Positions 1-13,400 of a stretch of 64,000 bases of DNA are shown one piece after another. Position 1 is the stretch's first letter. The number at the start of each line of letters is the position of its first letter. The notes under the pieces were generated by a model that saw only the letters and a list, made by a program, of their open reading frames with translations, had not been told where the DNA came from and did not search any database. The translations under genes were made by a program, and so were the position numbers. This DNA is from Phoronis australis (taxonomy: Eukaryota > Animalia > Phoronida): positions 45,160 through 109,159 of the forward strand of contig NMRA01000368.1 in assembly GCA_002633005.1 (NCBI GenBank). The letters run 5' to 3'.

Positions 1-2234
1 GCGTACAATAATAGTTTCCATCAACGATAACTAAGACTTTGAGGACAGGGAATTTATTGAGTCATTCCGATTTTGACAAAAATAACGTGTTGAACGCCTT
101 TTACTCAGTGAAGTCGTTTACTGAAGGAGTTTCGAAGGAGGTTGTTGATTCTGCAATGATTCTCCTCAGGTTTGCAACAGCGCCGGAAGGAGCTTTAAAT
201 CGAAATCGTGAGGTATTAGTACGCGGCCACTCCCCAAAAACTGTGCCACTGTGTACAACTATTATGGTTTAAAAGGTATGGTTATTTTGAATCATCAAAC
301 TTACTTGAACCGTTAACTTATTTTGCAGCTTGTCAAACCGGAAGAATTACAAAACAACTCTCAAAGCTGACATAAATTGCTAAGATATGTTTACACATCT
401 GATCAATGTTCTTTGAAAGTCATGAAACGAAGCATATTTGTGCCTTAATACTATGCAATCCAATTCATTTATGCACTTATAAAGAACCTATATACTTCAA
501 TGGGCTTGCAACGTTTCTTCTTCAAATCCTTAAACCACCATTCGATTTATGTTGTTTTAACGGAGGCCCTCATAAAAACGTTATCATTATCCGTTTAAAA
601 CCCCTTTGTTTATCTTCGGCACTCGTCAACGCTGTATTTCAAGACATGCGAATGCAGCGCCGAGGTAATTTGAGAAAACTTCGAGGAATTCGAGATCGCC
701 TGGCTTTTCACCAATGAGAAAGGCAATTTATTTTCGTAACCATCAAACCTGCAGACGTATTGTCCGCTCATGACAAGGTGGTTTAGCTTATTAACCTGGT
801 TTTTTGGATAAACATTTTCTACAAACTCCCAGGTCTCTCTTGATTGAGTCTCCTGTTTAGAAGCAATGTCCACGATTCTCAGTTACTATCATTGGCAATT
901 GATAAACACGGACAAAAATATTCCAAGGCTTTCGGTCTGCAATTACGCCAGGTAACAACAAAACTGTATTTGAAATAAATCAGCTGTGCAAAAAGTGGGC
1001 GTTTTTGAGAAATTATCTCGGAAAATTGCTAAAATTGTTGCCTCAGATGCTCCTTTGACGGGTCATACATGGAAGCAGCGACAGCAGATGGAATGAAATA
1101 TTCCTGTGTGCCTGGAATAAATACAGGCAGACAATAAGGGCAGAAATATCGAGCGTGATAACTTTGGTCCAAGAGGTCAAATTCCTTCGCTGCATAAACC
1201 GCAGTAAAATGTTTTATTGAAAATAGTTTAAACTATTACTTCATTGGCAGTTTAACCCGTCATGCGTGACCTCTACACACCGGTATCACATACACGTAGG
1301 CTATTATTACTTTTTGAATCACCGTGAACATATCCGCGTATCTACGTATAAAAGTTGGTTGGATTCAGTGAATTGATACATCCAAAGACAACTCGGTGGT
1401 TTTGTTCTGTCGATAACACTCCCTGTGTTCTTCCTAGGTTGTTTGGGATACAAAAACAATGCGGTTGTGTCCTGTCGATTCGTATTGTTTTAAGAGTACG
1501 GTTCTTTCCGGGTTTAACTGTAAGAGTGAACCGTGGCATCGCGTACCAAGACTGATAAGTGAAAACATCAGACAGGCTTCGTTCTTTTGAAGAGCAGGAG
1601 TCATCTCTGACGATTTTCGAATAATTAGATAAACGTAGTTCTTAATGTCGTACCCGTCTGATTCTTGATTTGATGAGCGATACTTCTTTACAAAGTGTAC
1701 GAAACTTATGAGTGTTTCGGCAAATACACAACGGCAGAACCATATTACGTTCCCGAAATTTTCTACAATGCGTGTGCCTTTATCGATTATATTTTGAATG
1801 GGAAATATGAATATCCTTACCCAGTAATCAGCATCGTCACGAAAGTGTTCATTGATTAAAGGGTTCATCGTTTGGCGATAGGAATAACATTCGCTAATGC
1901 CGTCTATTCAAAGGTTTTTCATTCTTTCTGAACAACAGTATTCGAGACGTCGTTTATTTCGTACGCAGAAAAGAGAGGCTATAATAGCCATCCCGAGAAC
2001 ACCCCAAGTTAAGAGCGACGTAAGAGAGAGTCCGGCTTGCGAACACCCCACGTTTAGTTTTGTGACCTATCAGTCACAATGTGACGTTTGTGACCTTACT
2101 TCAGGACATCGGGCTGGGAGAAATATATCTTTTCGACTAGATTTTTGATGGCAAACAAAAATAACCGAGAGGCTGTTTTGTGTCGAAAGTCGAAGCAATT
2201 AAAAGATCGCCCTGATAGCAAGTAGCAGCATATG

Positions 2235-2684
2235 TTAATAAAAACAACAACGGATTTAAACCGGCTTGGCATGTTTCGGTGTCGTTTATTGAAACACCAT
2301 CATCAGAAGAAGAAAAAAATACACATTGGCCACCTTGCTGGGCCCAACAACAAGTAATGAAACACAGACACGGTCAGTTACAGGGAATAACAATAAACTA
2401 GACTAACAATGACAACCTGTAGTGTGCTAGTTGCCTATATTGAGAATGGGGTTGCACCAACTGATGGGTAGAGCCTCACGAATTTTAAGCTCCTTTGTTG
2501 TTTCTCCTTGGTCTATTATAGCAAAGTCATTGAAGGAGAATTGCTGATAACAACGATTGGAACTCTGCAAATGAATATTAATATGTAAACTTCTGTCAAA
2601 ATTTAGATGTTCCCTGGTCCGGGTTTTCAATAAACGACACCGAAACATGTCAAACCGGCTTAAATCCGTTGCTGTTTTTATTAA
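2235..2684 (-). mobile_element. 5'-truncated Penelope-like retroelement (GIY-YIG endonuclease C-terminus plus pseudo-LTR, with a partial inverted pLTR copy)
   Basis: The minus ORF 2427-2846 contains KTRTREHLNFDRSLHINIHLQSSNRC...FAIIDQGETTKELKIREALPISWCNPILN, matching the PLE GIY-YIG tail pattern TR..EH..HI..HL..F.IL...LKI.EAL.I...P.LN. Segments 2235-2294 and 2625-2684 are about 60-bp inverted copies. Confidence 0.85.
2265..2309 (-). ncRNA. Minimal type I hammerhead ribozyme in the Penelope pseudo-LTR (cleavage triplet mutated)
   Basis: Minus strand reads ctt-CTGATGA-t-ggtgt-ttcaataaacg-acacc-GAAAC-ATG-CC-aag. It has the CUGAUGA and GAAA core, stem II ggtgt/acacc and stem I ctt/aag. The inverted copy keeps the palindromic GAAACATGTC. 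Confidence 0.75.
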
Positions 2685-4878
2685 TTCCTTCAAACCCTTT
2701 AAAGTTTGCACATGCGCAGATAGGAAACACCTCCAAAGGAAATATGAAACTTTGGATATGCCCGAGGTGTTCCGGATGTCAAAGCGAACACTACCGCAGT
2801 TCGGAGGATTCACATGAGTTGCCGGACAGAAATAATGAGTCAGCAAAAATTAATACTGTGCTAACTCACGGCAAACTATTTGGGTGCCAAATTTTTTTTG
2901 TTACCACAAAATGTAGGTTTCTGTGCCCGGTTGCATGAAACAGTCCCAAATACGCACTCGAATTTCCTAAATCTACTGCGTGTTTGTGGATTTGTAAAAA
3001 CACTAATTGTCCTTTCTTATGCCGTTTTAGTTTCTTCTTTTAACCAATTTTTGACATTGGTACAATCCGAGAGTCAGATCTACTTTGAATTCTCATTATT
3101 ATCGAAAATAAGTAGAGACCCTTTCATGTAACGCCCACTAAGGACTAAGTCTTTATTTATTTCCAGTAACGGAGAGTTCCGTAATATATTATATTATATT
3201 ATTAGAAAATCCCATTAGTCAAAGAGGAGCTTATAATAAAGATATAATTTAAGAAAAAGATTACATCTGTGAGTGAAGAACAACACTAGTATGCAAAAGA
3301 TTTAGTGAACTTGAGTCTCAGGCAACATGGCTATGAAAACATAGTCACGATGTCAACTGTAAACTACAACACATTTTATTTTTGAATGCCTAGTTTTCAA
3401 ATTTAAGTTTAAGTTAGCATCTATATGTCAGCTTTATTTGTTTTCCTTATCGATATGTATTGTCTTCGGTTTTGTTTCAGTCAGAAGGTCATTTTTCCAA
3501 CCGGTTATATCAAATGTTTAAAATAGTCTCTGGGTTCAGATTTCTCATAATGTTTTAAAGCATTTAATAACCCCACCTAAATACAAGTTTAACTAACGAC
3601 GCTTAATTGCTCGTTTCGTTTTAACAGTTCTGGACACCTGTTGCCTCTGGAACCAGCAGTCGATGGTACGAATGAACTGTAGTAAAACCCCTAAACCTAA
3701 TCGAAATTGAAAAACCAAAGCACACGAACCCGTTAACAATTTGAGATCACAGGTCGAACATGAAAAATATTCGGATGTGCTCATACAATTTAATTGTGGT
3801 GTAAACATTAACAAATATACCGTGGGTCTACACGTTATTTTTAAGCGTGCGCCTTTGAAGGACATGGCGTCAAAGTTGTCACAAAAATATTCTTTTACTG
3901 CTTCGTAAAGAAAACACATTTTAGAAATATTTTAAGATATCGTCTAATTTTCTTTCTTTATATAGAACATGAAATGCGTTTTGGCAACTGAAAGACGTTG
4001 TTTTAAACCATGTTTGTTAAATTCAAGCCTGTATGTATTAGCATTCAGTGTTCAAATGCACGGCGTGGTGGTCATAAAAATTCAGTTAAGTTTCAAAATT
4101 ATTTTGTTATCACTATGTTATCACTAATTTTGAAAGGGAGATAACCACAGTATAGTTTCGTCGAATAGTCTTAGCACTTTAGCTAGAAATTCCATCTTAC
4201 GCTCCACACAACTATTTCCAAAAATAATGTCATCCAATTTCAGCCAGGAACCAAGTCTCCGAGAATATTTCCATAACTGCTGATTATTCATATATTTTAA
4301 ATAAAGTGCTGCTATAATGTGATGCATATAAGAACTTCATTCAATGATGGCGAGGTGGGAGCTGAAAATAATTTCCGACTTTTCATTAAATGGGCACGGG
4401 TGTTACTTCATAACATAGTAACAGTACGAAGCAATCTAAATAGCGATTAAAAATCAACAAATATTATTTTTGGTGAGTAATTTTACTAAATTAAAGAGAA
4501 ATTTTAATAAGTATAGAGAAGTTTTCCAAAGCGTAATTCTTATTGTACACGACACTGCATGCTAACTGCAGTGTACTAAGTGTTGAATTACTGTACTGAG
4601 ACAAGGAAGCAAACACCTGAGCGGCATGTCCACGGGTGAGAAACAACATGTTTTGGGTCCGTCGGTGATGTAGTTTCTCACCCGTGATATCATTGGATGC
4701 TGCTTGCTCTGTACACAGAGTGGAATGTGAAAAAACAGAGAAGTGGAAGAGGGCTCCGGACAGAAGTCACGGCCGTCACGGCTGTGTAAAATTCTTAAAC
4801 TTATATTTATTGCAAACTTGACGCCTTTCTCAAGAAAAACATGGTGATTCTATATATGACCAGGATAGGCTGTTCAAT

Positions 4879-4921
4879 CAGGGCTGCGTTCCGTAGACAC
4901 AAGAAACTCGCGAAAACGCAA
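4879..4921 (+). repeat. Dispersed transposon-end fragment (gggctgcgttccgtagac family)
   Basis: Reverse-complement copies at about 26262-26311 and 32375-32412, and a related start at about 13380. Confidence 0.55.
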
Positions 4922-7900
4922 GATGACGTAAATGTTGTCATGTATTACAACCGAGGCTCCTGACCACTCTTGCTTACCGGTATTCGTGAGTGGCTTAGGT
5001 AAACGGTACACGCCCAAGGAGCTTAGTGTAACAGGCCCTGCTTTGTGGCTCAAGCATGCAGTGTCTGATGTACATGTATGTCAGACAGTCTGCAGTCTTT
5101 AATGAGTGGAAAGTCTGGTGCGAAAATGGTCTTAGTCGAAATTTATTTCCTTTAATTTAGCGTTAAACGCTGCGTGCTACCCTCGAGGTGTGTTGCCTCC
5201 AAAGTTTCCTTCAAGCTATCATCCTACCACGAAACATCCCGTGGGGTACTACTATATCGCATAAAATGGTACTATATTCACCCACGGCAATAATTTATTT
5301 TCACCTTGCAGTGAGCTCGGGGGTATAGCACGATAATTCCCGTGATTTTATACTATGACTATAACCGCGAGGCATCAGTGACCAGTTAAACCCCTGAGGC
5401 GTTGCCGAACATTCTTGCAAATCCTCGCTGTGATAGTAAACTATTTGATGTTGTGAATCAGCAGAAGTTCAAAACTGTATTCTCACAGTGTGAATGAAAA
5501 TGAAATCAGAATTTTGCCCGAAGCGCTTTTGATATCTGGTCATCTGGTATGAATGGAGTAAAATGGCGATTTTTAAAATCAGAGGGCAAGTTCAATCTGA
5601 AGGTAATCTATTTTGCCTGCGTTTTTGAAGATGGAAAAAGCTGATTCGTAAAGCGACACTGCACGCGCTTACAGAGGTCCAAAGATTTATAACTTCAAAC
5701 CGATACAAAATTAATTAGACACGGTTTTAAACCGTCGACGTGTTAAAACGCCAAAACATGGCTTTTGGTGAGGCACAAAATAGAAAAGAGTCGCTAAATT
5801 TCTCATCTTGATACTTGAACAAATTCTTCTGACAAACAAAACTTGACTCGCAGCAGTAGCGCTACATTTGTAAACCCGGGTCTTCATGTGTAACCCGACA
5901 ACATTTTTACAGAAGGGCGCCAAGTTGATATTAGCAGATGAACATGATCATTGATTGAAAGTAAAAGTTGGTAAAAATGGACTTGTGATAGGTAACCGTA
6001 TGTACAAAAAAACGACAATGGGGGACGGAAATCCTGAAAAATAAATTTCACCTCTAAACTCCAGCTACGACCTCCGACCAAATTCCTCATCTAGACAGGT
6101 ACCCGGTACTGCAGTTTTTTCACCAAGTCTGAAGTTGAGTCACCAGGTACATAGCATTCTCTGCCCATGTGGTTTTTGCTCGTCCTGGCGGGAGTGAGGA
6201 TTAGAGGGTAGTAGCTTTGCCATGGAATCGTTTCTATACCCTGAAAGTCGCGTTCGTCATCGTTCCTTTTCTCGTAGAGGGGTGAACCAGGGCTTGGACG
6301 GGCTCATGCTAGAAAACGAACTTAAACTGAATCTGTATGTCTACCGAGGAAAACGTTTGGTGTTTATTAGAAACGGGAGTCTAGGCTGCCACTGTTTAAT
6401 ATTTTAGTAGACACCCGCTAATTTAAATAATGAGCGTAGGGTAGACTGTAAGCTGAAGGGGAAATGACAAATCGCACCGCAGCATTCAAAAAACATACTT
6501 TATCATCGAGGTTTACGATAATAACTAATTCTAAGAAGAAACGTACAGTTTCAAAGTTAAAGTATATTTTACGAGAAATTAGCAAACCACTATAACTCCG
6601 CAGTACCAGCCGAAGGCTCTTCCGCTGAGCCAAATCCCACGCGTTAAGTAGCGGGGTATTTTAAGCGTATTAATGGTAAAAGTTGATTTCACCGAATATC
6701 TGGCAGTCAATGGCGTGAATTGGCGATTTGTAACAAAACCACAAAAACACACAACGGATTATGTTGAGTTGTAACTCTGGTCAAAGCTAACAATTTCAAG
6801 AAAACAATATCATCAAGCTATAATCCCAAAGTGCGTTTTTCGGATGTAAAACCGATGCCCATATAAACTCCCACGTCATACACCTTCCTCGAGAATCCAA
6901 ATAGTCATGAATGATTTCATCACTAGAATTACACCATTGATCGTTACGCTCATTTGATACAATAGTCGTCATTTTTTGTACGACGTTATATGGAATTATA
7001 AGTAGATCTTGGGAAACGTTTTTGGCGCCAAATGTTACCTTCCTCTTTTCTAACGGAATTTTAAGGAACTGGAGTTTTTCAATAGCCTAAAACCATACAG
7101 ACCTATGCTTCACTGTGACCATTCACCACTAACGTCATTGCACGCCGTATTCAAAGGATCAAACGGAGAATTTTAAATTAAAATTCTTAGACATATCAAA
7201 CGTCCTTGTCACTTCTTTAAAACTTGTTTCCTGGCAGCACTTTTTAACCAATCATATCAATCTTAGGTACCTTGAAAGCCAGAACCATTGAGTATTTTCA
7301 CGGCATGCTGCTTTGCATAAAAACTATGAGCAAAGTTTCGCCTGGGCTAGTCGCCAAAGCGAAATGCTGCACGTTTTTGTAAAATACACGCGCTATGAAA
7401 CTTTTCTGTCATGTAATCTCTGTTCACAGCCCTCGATTCGCCAATGTGACCTCAGATTGTGTTTGGCGACCTGGAAAAATTCCAAGTCGCCACGTAGTCG
7501 CCACTGCGAGAATCAAAGTCGGATAATAATTTCCTCTAAATTCGTTTCAAAGTTCGTATTGTCTTCAAAACTTTAAATTCCAAGATTTATTACCTTTGAT
7601 TCATAATTGTTCCGTTTATTTCGTAAAATCAACGTCGGAATTGTTCGGCAAAAATCGGGCAAGATCGGCAAAATTCGCACCACTAGCCCATGTGGTCGTA
7701 TGCGTTCTATGTTCGTTCGCCGGCGGGGGAATTTTTGGTCGACGAATGATCATGATATTGATAATACACATCAGGTGACGTCAGCAATACAGATATTTGT
7801 TTAGTTTGAGGGGTTTTAATGGGAACTTTTTTTAATAAAGAGTATTATACTAAAAAACTGAATTTACTACTTTAAGGATTTCGATCTCAAGGTTTATGGC

Positions 7901-9509
7901 ATCGAATTTCCGTTTCGTTGGAAAATCTACATTCACTAGCTAATCATTTAGATTAAACTTATTTCATGGGAACAGTTCAGATCAAAATTCTTGTGAGCTT
8001 GTCCCTCATTGCGTTCGAACACAAAGAAGATTCCGAGTTACATGTAGGGCAGGCGTGCAGTTAAAACAACTGATTAAGCTGTAACACACGCAGTCATGTT
8101 GTAAGTTCGTAACGATTCAGAGGTGGTGGTAAACGGGGCTAATTTGTCACAACTGTGAAATCAACAAAATCCCTCAAACAGAATCGTAATGATAACGACA
8201 GCATCGTTTGCGAACGCATTATAGTTTAATCATCTTCCTAAACGGTTCTGACAAGTTTATTGTTACGAATGGCTACAACGTGTTAGCTCAGATTGGCAAC
8301 GACAGGTGTTGTCAACATCTTAAAAATACCGAATATCTTTTGACACGGCGTTTTGGGTTATTTATTATAAGTCAGGCAAATTAAGTTAGCTGCCGTGCCG
8401 GTCTGAGTTCAACATTGTTTCGTCACGTCCTCGTTGATCTAACGAAACGGTTACCAGACCAGTCCTTTGCATTGAATTAAATGGAAACGAGTTTGCACTG
8501 ATATTTACTGCACCGTTGTATATAAGTAAAATTCCGAAATGTGGCAACTTAGAATCGTCACACAACTGTTCTTTTAGAAAATAATAAAGCGAGTGTGCCG
8601 TTGCCTAAAGCATGTCACGTGCCGTGTGTGTGGTAATTTGTCATCGCCATGCGCCGAAGGAAATAAACACCCTAAGTGTTACAATCGGATAAGGTGACGA
8701 CAGCAGACAAACGCCGTCGATTACAAGAGAAGAGGAGACAAACCTTCCCTTCGGACAGACTGTGAAAGAGGAACGTTAGATTTTCCTTGAAAAAGAAATC
8801 CAATTGAACATTTATGATTGTAATTAGGAGACTATTCTGTGTTATCATCCTCATGATATTTTATACCATCGGGAATTCCGTCAGAAGGCTCAAATTGACT
8901 TAATCATCGAACCTGTTACCCTAATATTGAACTAAGAAGTTTATGTTACCAACCCTAGATATTTGTTGTCTCAGATTTGGGGCACGTCGCCTTTTCCAAT
9001 AGGAGTGCAAGTTGCTTGACCATGTTAATTATGGCAAACTAACATGAAACTCGAAAAAGAAGTTTGGGACAATTTCTCAAGACGCAGGTCGTTCATTTGT
9101 GATTACATCTGAAAACGTGTTCACTGGTTAGATTCAATTTAGGTCAAGTTATTTAGAACACCAGTAGTGTTTACATGTTTTAACAGTGTTTATATTAATT
9201 TTACTCTAAACATGCGACTTGTGTATTTATGATGCCTCAACAACCAACCCAGCTGTCAGTTTTTGAAGTTAACACTTACATTTTCATGACAATTGAAATT
9301 TGAGCCTGCTAGTGATTTAAGGGTACTCGTGTCGGTCTCGTTGGAAATACACTTTCGCTTTTCCAACAATACCGTATTTCCCGGTGATCCTTCGCTAGAT
9401 GCCAAAAGTGTTTTATCGACCACTACCTGCCTCTTACCCTCGCAGACGACAATGTTGAGCAGATTCCATTATAGCTGATAGGTTCGCTCCAGTCGCTGTG
9501 CGCTTAGCC

Positions 9510-9590
9510 CAGGGTAGAGTTGAGTAACGCTGGTAATCTCGCGAAGTCTTGATTTTTAGCGAGGTCTTTGTGTTACTGAACTCTACCCTG
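9510..9590. mobile_element. Short Harbinger-like MITE
   Basis: TIR cagggtagagttgagtaac / gttactgaactctaccctg. A second copy is at 17133-17245. Confidence 0.65.
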
Positions 9591-10187
9591 TTTTCCACAA
9601 TGACTTGTGCAGTGTTCGTGGTAGCAGTACTGTGACAAACAAAACTGGGAGAAGGGTTACGTATCCCAAAAAAGTGCAGCATCTGAGGGGTAGTATTGGT
9701 TGATTAATGAAATTTCCGACGACTGGTGGGAAGGCGAAGGAAATGGCGAGCCTGAGTTAAACGAAGTTGAGTTTATCATATATGTGCCCCCAATATTTTT
9801 GTTTTCCTGTTTGCATTGTAAACTTCAGAAAACGGTACTGGGGCACATCTTGTTGAACAAGCGTTCTAATGACTCCCACAAAAAGCTAAATAAAACGTTA
9901 AGTTTCATTTAGGCTGATTAGATGTAACTCTATGTCATGATACATTTCTCGTCACAACGGGAAGGACTACTTCGACAAGTTAATAAAACATTATTAAAAT
10001 TTCATAAGGAGTTAAATTTTGTTGGTGGCTATCGAACGGGGTAATTTATGTAAGCGAGTTCTACTACTAGGAGTACATATGAAATTAGTTGTAAGTTTCC
10101 AAGCTCAGAAATAAAATGTAAGGCCTGGTGTCCCCCATTTTGCTCAACGGCGAATATTTCACACCGACATTTCGTGATTCATTTCAG

Positions 10188-10459
10188 GGTTCAGGGGGCT
10201 CTGACAAACGACATACTTCGGCTAAACATTCCTAGGCTTCCGAAGGTGGATCCGAATACTGTGTGCAAGACGTACCCTGGGCTCTCAAGGAAGCAGTATA
10301 AGTTGTGTGCCAGGTACCCGGATGTGACAGCCTCGGCACTCCAGGGTATCCAGATTGGAGTGCACGAATGCCAAAACCAGTTTAAAAACTACAGATGGAA
10401 CTGTTCTTCTTTGGAAGTGAAAAATAAAAATCCTTTTTCAAGCCCAATATTAGCTCAAG
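10188..10459 (+). CDS. Wnt10: Wnt10 coding exon (first exon after the signal-peptide exon)
   Basis: Acceptor tttcag|G and donor CAAG|gtaagt. Encodes [90 protein letters not shown]. The NDIL..NTVC..PGL..PDV.ASA.QG..HECQ motif is diagnostic of Wnt10. Phases 2 and 1 are typical of Wnt genes. Confidence 0.93.
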
Positions 10460-13400
10460 GTAAGTCACGTTTCGTTGATTTATTTCCAGAAGTCGCTTAC
10501 ACGTATACCGCATTTTGAAAACCCGTTGTCTTCACTGCTAGCAGGGATCAACCTCGTTCTCACTGTTTACGTGACGATTCTTGATTTTCACTTGTTCTCA
10601 AAATATCCAAAATTAAAATATATACATAAACACCAATTGTTAATTGACACGAAACGTTTCCAACACGAGTTTATCATACCAATGATGAATTGCGCGTGTT
10701 TTCTTAGGTAAAATATCTGCAACTGCGAACTGAAATATGGCCAAAAATCTATGGTAGTTTCCGGTCGGTACCTCTTCTCATTTTGAGATATGCGTTTACC
10801 TACTAAAAAAAGAAAAACACCCGCCCGATTCAATATCAGCCAAGGTCTTTTTTGAAAAATGCACGCCAGCAGGGGAAGTGAGGTTCGTAATGCCATAACT
10901 TGCCAAGCGATGAGTAAAAAAAAACAAATATCGCATCATTTTGCTCGTCTCAGGTGTTTTTTTTTTTTGAAAAAGTGAGCAACTAAAAATTTCCGCTTCG
11001 CCGACTTCATTTTCAAGAACAAAAACAGAGACCAGAAGCAACTATGCCTTTTTTGGCATGAAAGCAGTTTGAGACGGTTTAACAAGCCAAAAATAACTAC
11101 TGTGGCGTCCTCCCCATTTAGCACAACGGATCGTTGAAAACCAAAAGTCTTATTTCGTATTAACTAAGAACTAAAATTGTTCATTTTAACAATCGCAGCT
11201 GGAAAACTAAACAAGGCTCGCCAATGAATTTCACCTGTGTTCCAACACAATAATCGCATTAGTTGTGACCCGAGTGATGCACGCGCAATGAAACCTGGAA
11301 ATTTTAAATACAGGGTGGATATGAGTACAGGTCCTTTTAGTGAGAACTCTGAGTAAAGTGCAATCAGTTGAGACAGTAACTTCCTCTTGAAGCTGTTGTT
11401 ATAATCAGAAATAATTGACGCCACAGGCGCGAGACCAATGAATCTGTGCTAATGGTCCCTCGACCCCTTGTTACTGAGAATGTGAGCTTATACTCTATAA
11501 ATTCCGATATATTTCCAACAGTTGTGTTATAATTCGCCCTTTGTGGTCACAGTCGTCAGTGCACTGCAAGAGAGATTCCCACAGATAAAAAGAATAAAGA
11601 CTAAAGGATCATCGTAAATCTCTTAAATTTGGCAAAATATGCACCGTCTGCAAATGGTGAAACTCACTGAACCTTATTCAGCCAGATGTCTAGACTTCAC
11701 TGCAAAACATTGACCAACCGGTATATCAACAATCATGGGAAAAGCGCAGTTTTGAAGGAAATTACGAGTCGGAAGCACTGTAAATAAGCTCACGTTTTCC
11801 GAGTATCATTTAAATGTTTCAACACGTAAATTGCATCAGATGCAATTATCTTCCGAGGTTCTCTGAAAAATTACAATGAAACTGGTACGCCTTACATTAT
11901 GTGAGGGTGGTCCGCGAGCAATGTATTATGACTCGTTCTGAATGAATTTAAGAATGTTACGAGATTAACCCAATCATCCACTTCTGGTGCAGCAAATGCT
12001 TGTTTTATTAGTTTGTTGTTGTCGGACAAGTCATGCGGTCCGGTGATGACGTCACTTGAGTATTACGTAAAAAGCACTGGCCAGCGCGTGGAGTCATCTG
12101 CTATAACAATGTGACCTCGTGGGATTGTCCAAGTGCCTCAGGCTACTTGCATAAAATTGAGTTCAAACTTGATAATGTGTTCTGTGATTGCGCTAGGATG
12201 ACGTAACATTAGCCACCACAACCTTAAAATGACAAAACAAAGTTTGAAACGGGCAACCAGTTCCATTAAGTAATAAATCGTGATGGCCTCGTGCCTCTAA
12301 ATTTCTTCTACGATCCTCTAAGCCCAAGTCCCAGCTTGCAGATACCAATCTTGAGGGACCGTGAAATCTCCAGCCCCCAAACCCCACACATGGGCCGAAT
12401 ATGTATATTCCCGAGCGCGATTCAAACTACAGGCCAGAGTTAGGAATCTGGTCCCACGGCTATCGGGCGGAGTTTGCATGGTCTTTGGGACTGAACTTTG
12501 GTCACCAGGTATCATGGAGCATTTTCGGCATACGAGGGGAACTCATAAGCGTGTGTCTGTGATTTGTATCGCGGCTTTGGTGTCTGTTAGTCTGGAACTG
12601 GACATTATTCGTTGGATCGTAGGTAGCCGAGTAGGAGCGCGGCTATGGAATCCTTTCAATCGTTTTGTGAAGGAGCAAGAGTACGCTAATGCGACCGATG
12701 TCGTAACACAGGATTGCGAAAACTTTACTTGACCGTGGGGTGGGGGGGGGGGTTAGGCATACATATTATGATCGGGGAGTACCCACTCTCGAACCAAATT
12801 TCACAAGAAATGCTAATTATATATTCAGTAAGACCTCGATTCGCATAAGAAAATATGATTTTGATGCACCAGTAAAACAAATATCGTTCTTGCCTGACGG
12901 CAGTTGTTGGACATCTTCCTCACATGACCACGGCAATCAAACGGTGGATCAGAGGAGGTTATCTAACCAGCAGGAGACCGGTGATAGACACTGCCATCCG
13001 CGAAATGGTTTTTATCGGTGCGATCCTGCGGAGAAGCACGCGGTGCTTACTGTGGAATCTTGTGAAAAACATCCATTTTATTAGTTTCAGGATACGAGTT
13101 GACTGCAGATGAAACCCATTCAAGGAAATCGTCAAAGGAAGTGTGATAAATGATTGGTGCGATGCAAAAAATACTTTCGAAGAATTAGTGTTAATTTCAT
13201 GCACGTGCCAACCACGTGGCGAACAGGCGTCACTTATTCTGCAGCATTTATTACTGTATTGTGTGATAGATCATTTTTTGTCTTCTTTAAACGATGCCAC
13301 GCTAATGGGGTGTTTTGGTTGGTTAGCAAACAAGCATTTTGGAGCTATGTCAGAAATTCAAGAGAGCAAAATCAGTTTAGGCCCTGTTCCGTAGAAGCAA

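Noticed and set aside
866-951. ATG-initiated phase-2 exon candidate (MSTILSYYHWQLINTDKNIPRLSVCNYA-R, CAG|gtaaca) as Wnt10 exon 1
   Set aside because: Correct phase but no hydrophobic signal-peptide core.
1347-1354. TATAAAAG as the Wnt10 promoter
   Set aside because: No downstream ATG, signal peptide and phase-2 donor combination was found, and the motif is common in AT-rich DNA.
1434-1868. 144-aa minus-strand ORF and other unspliced ORFs over 100 aa (e.g. 42129-42551, 55980-56387, 62127-62600)
   Set aside because: No recognisable domains or exon structure. The lengths are compatible with chance or with overlap of repeats.
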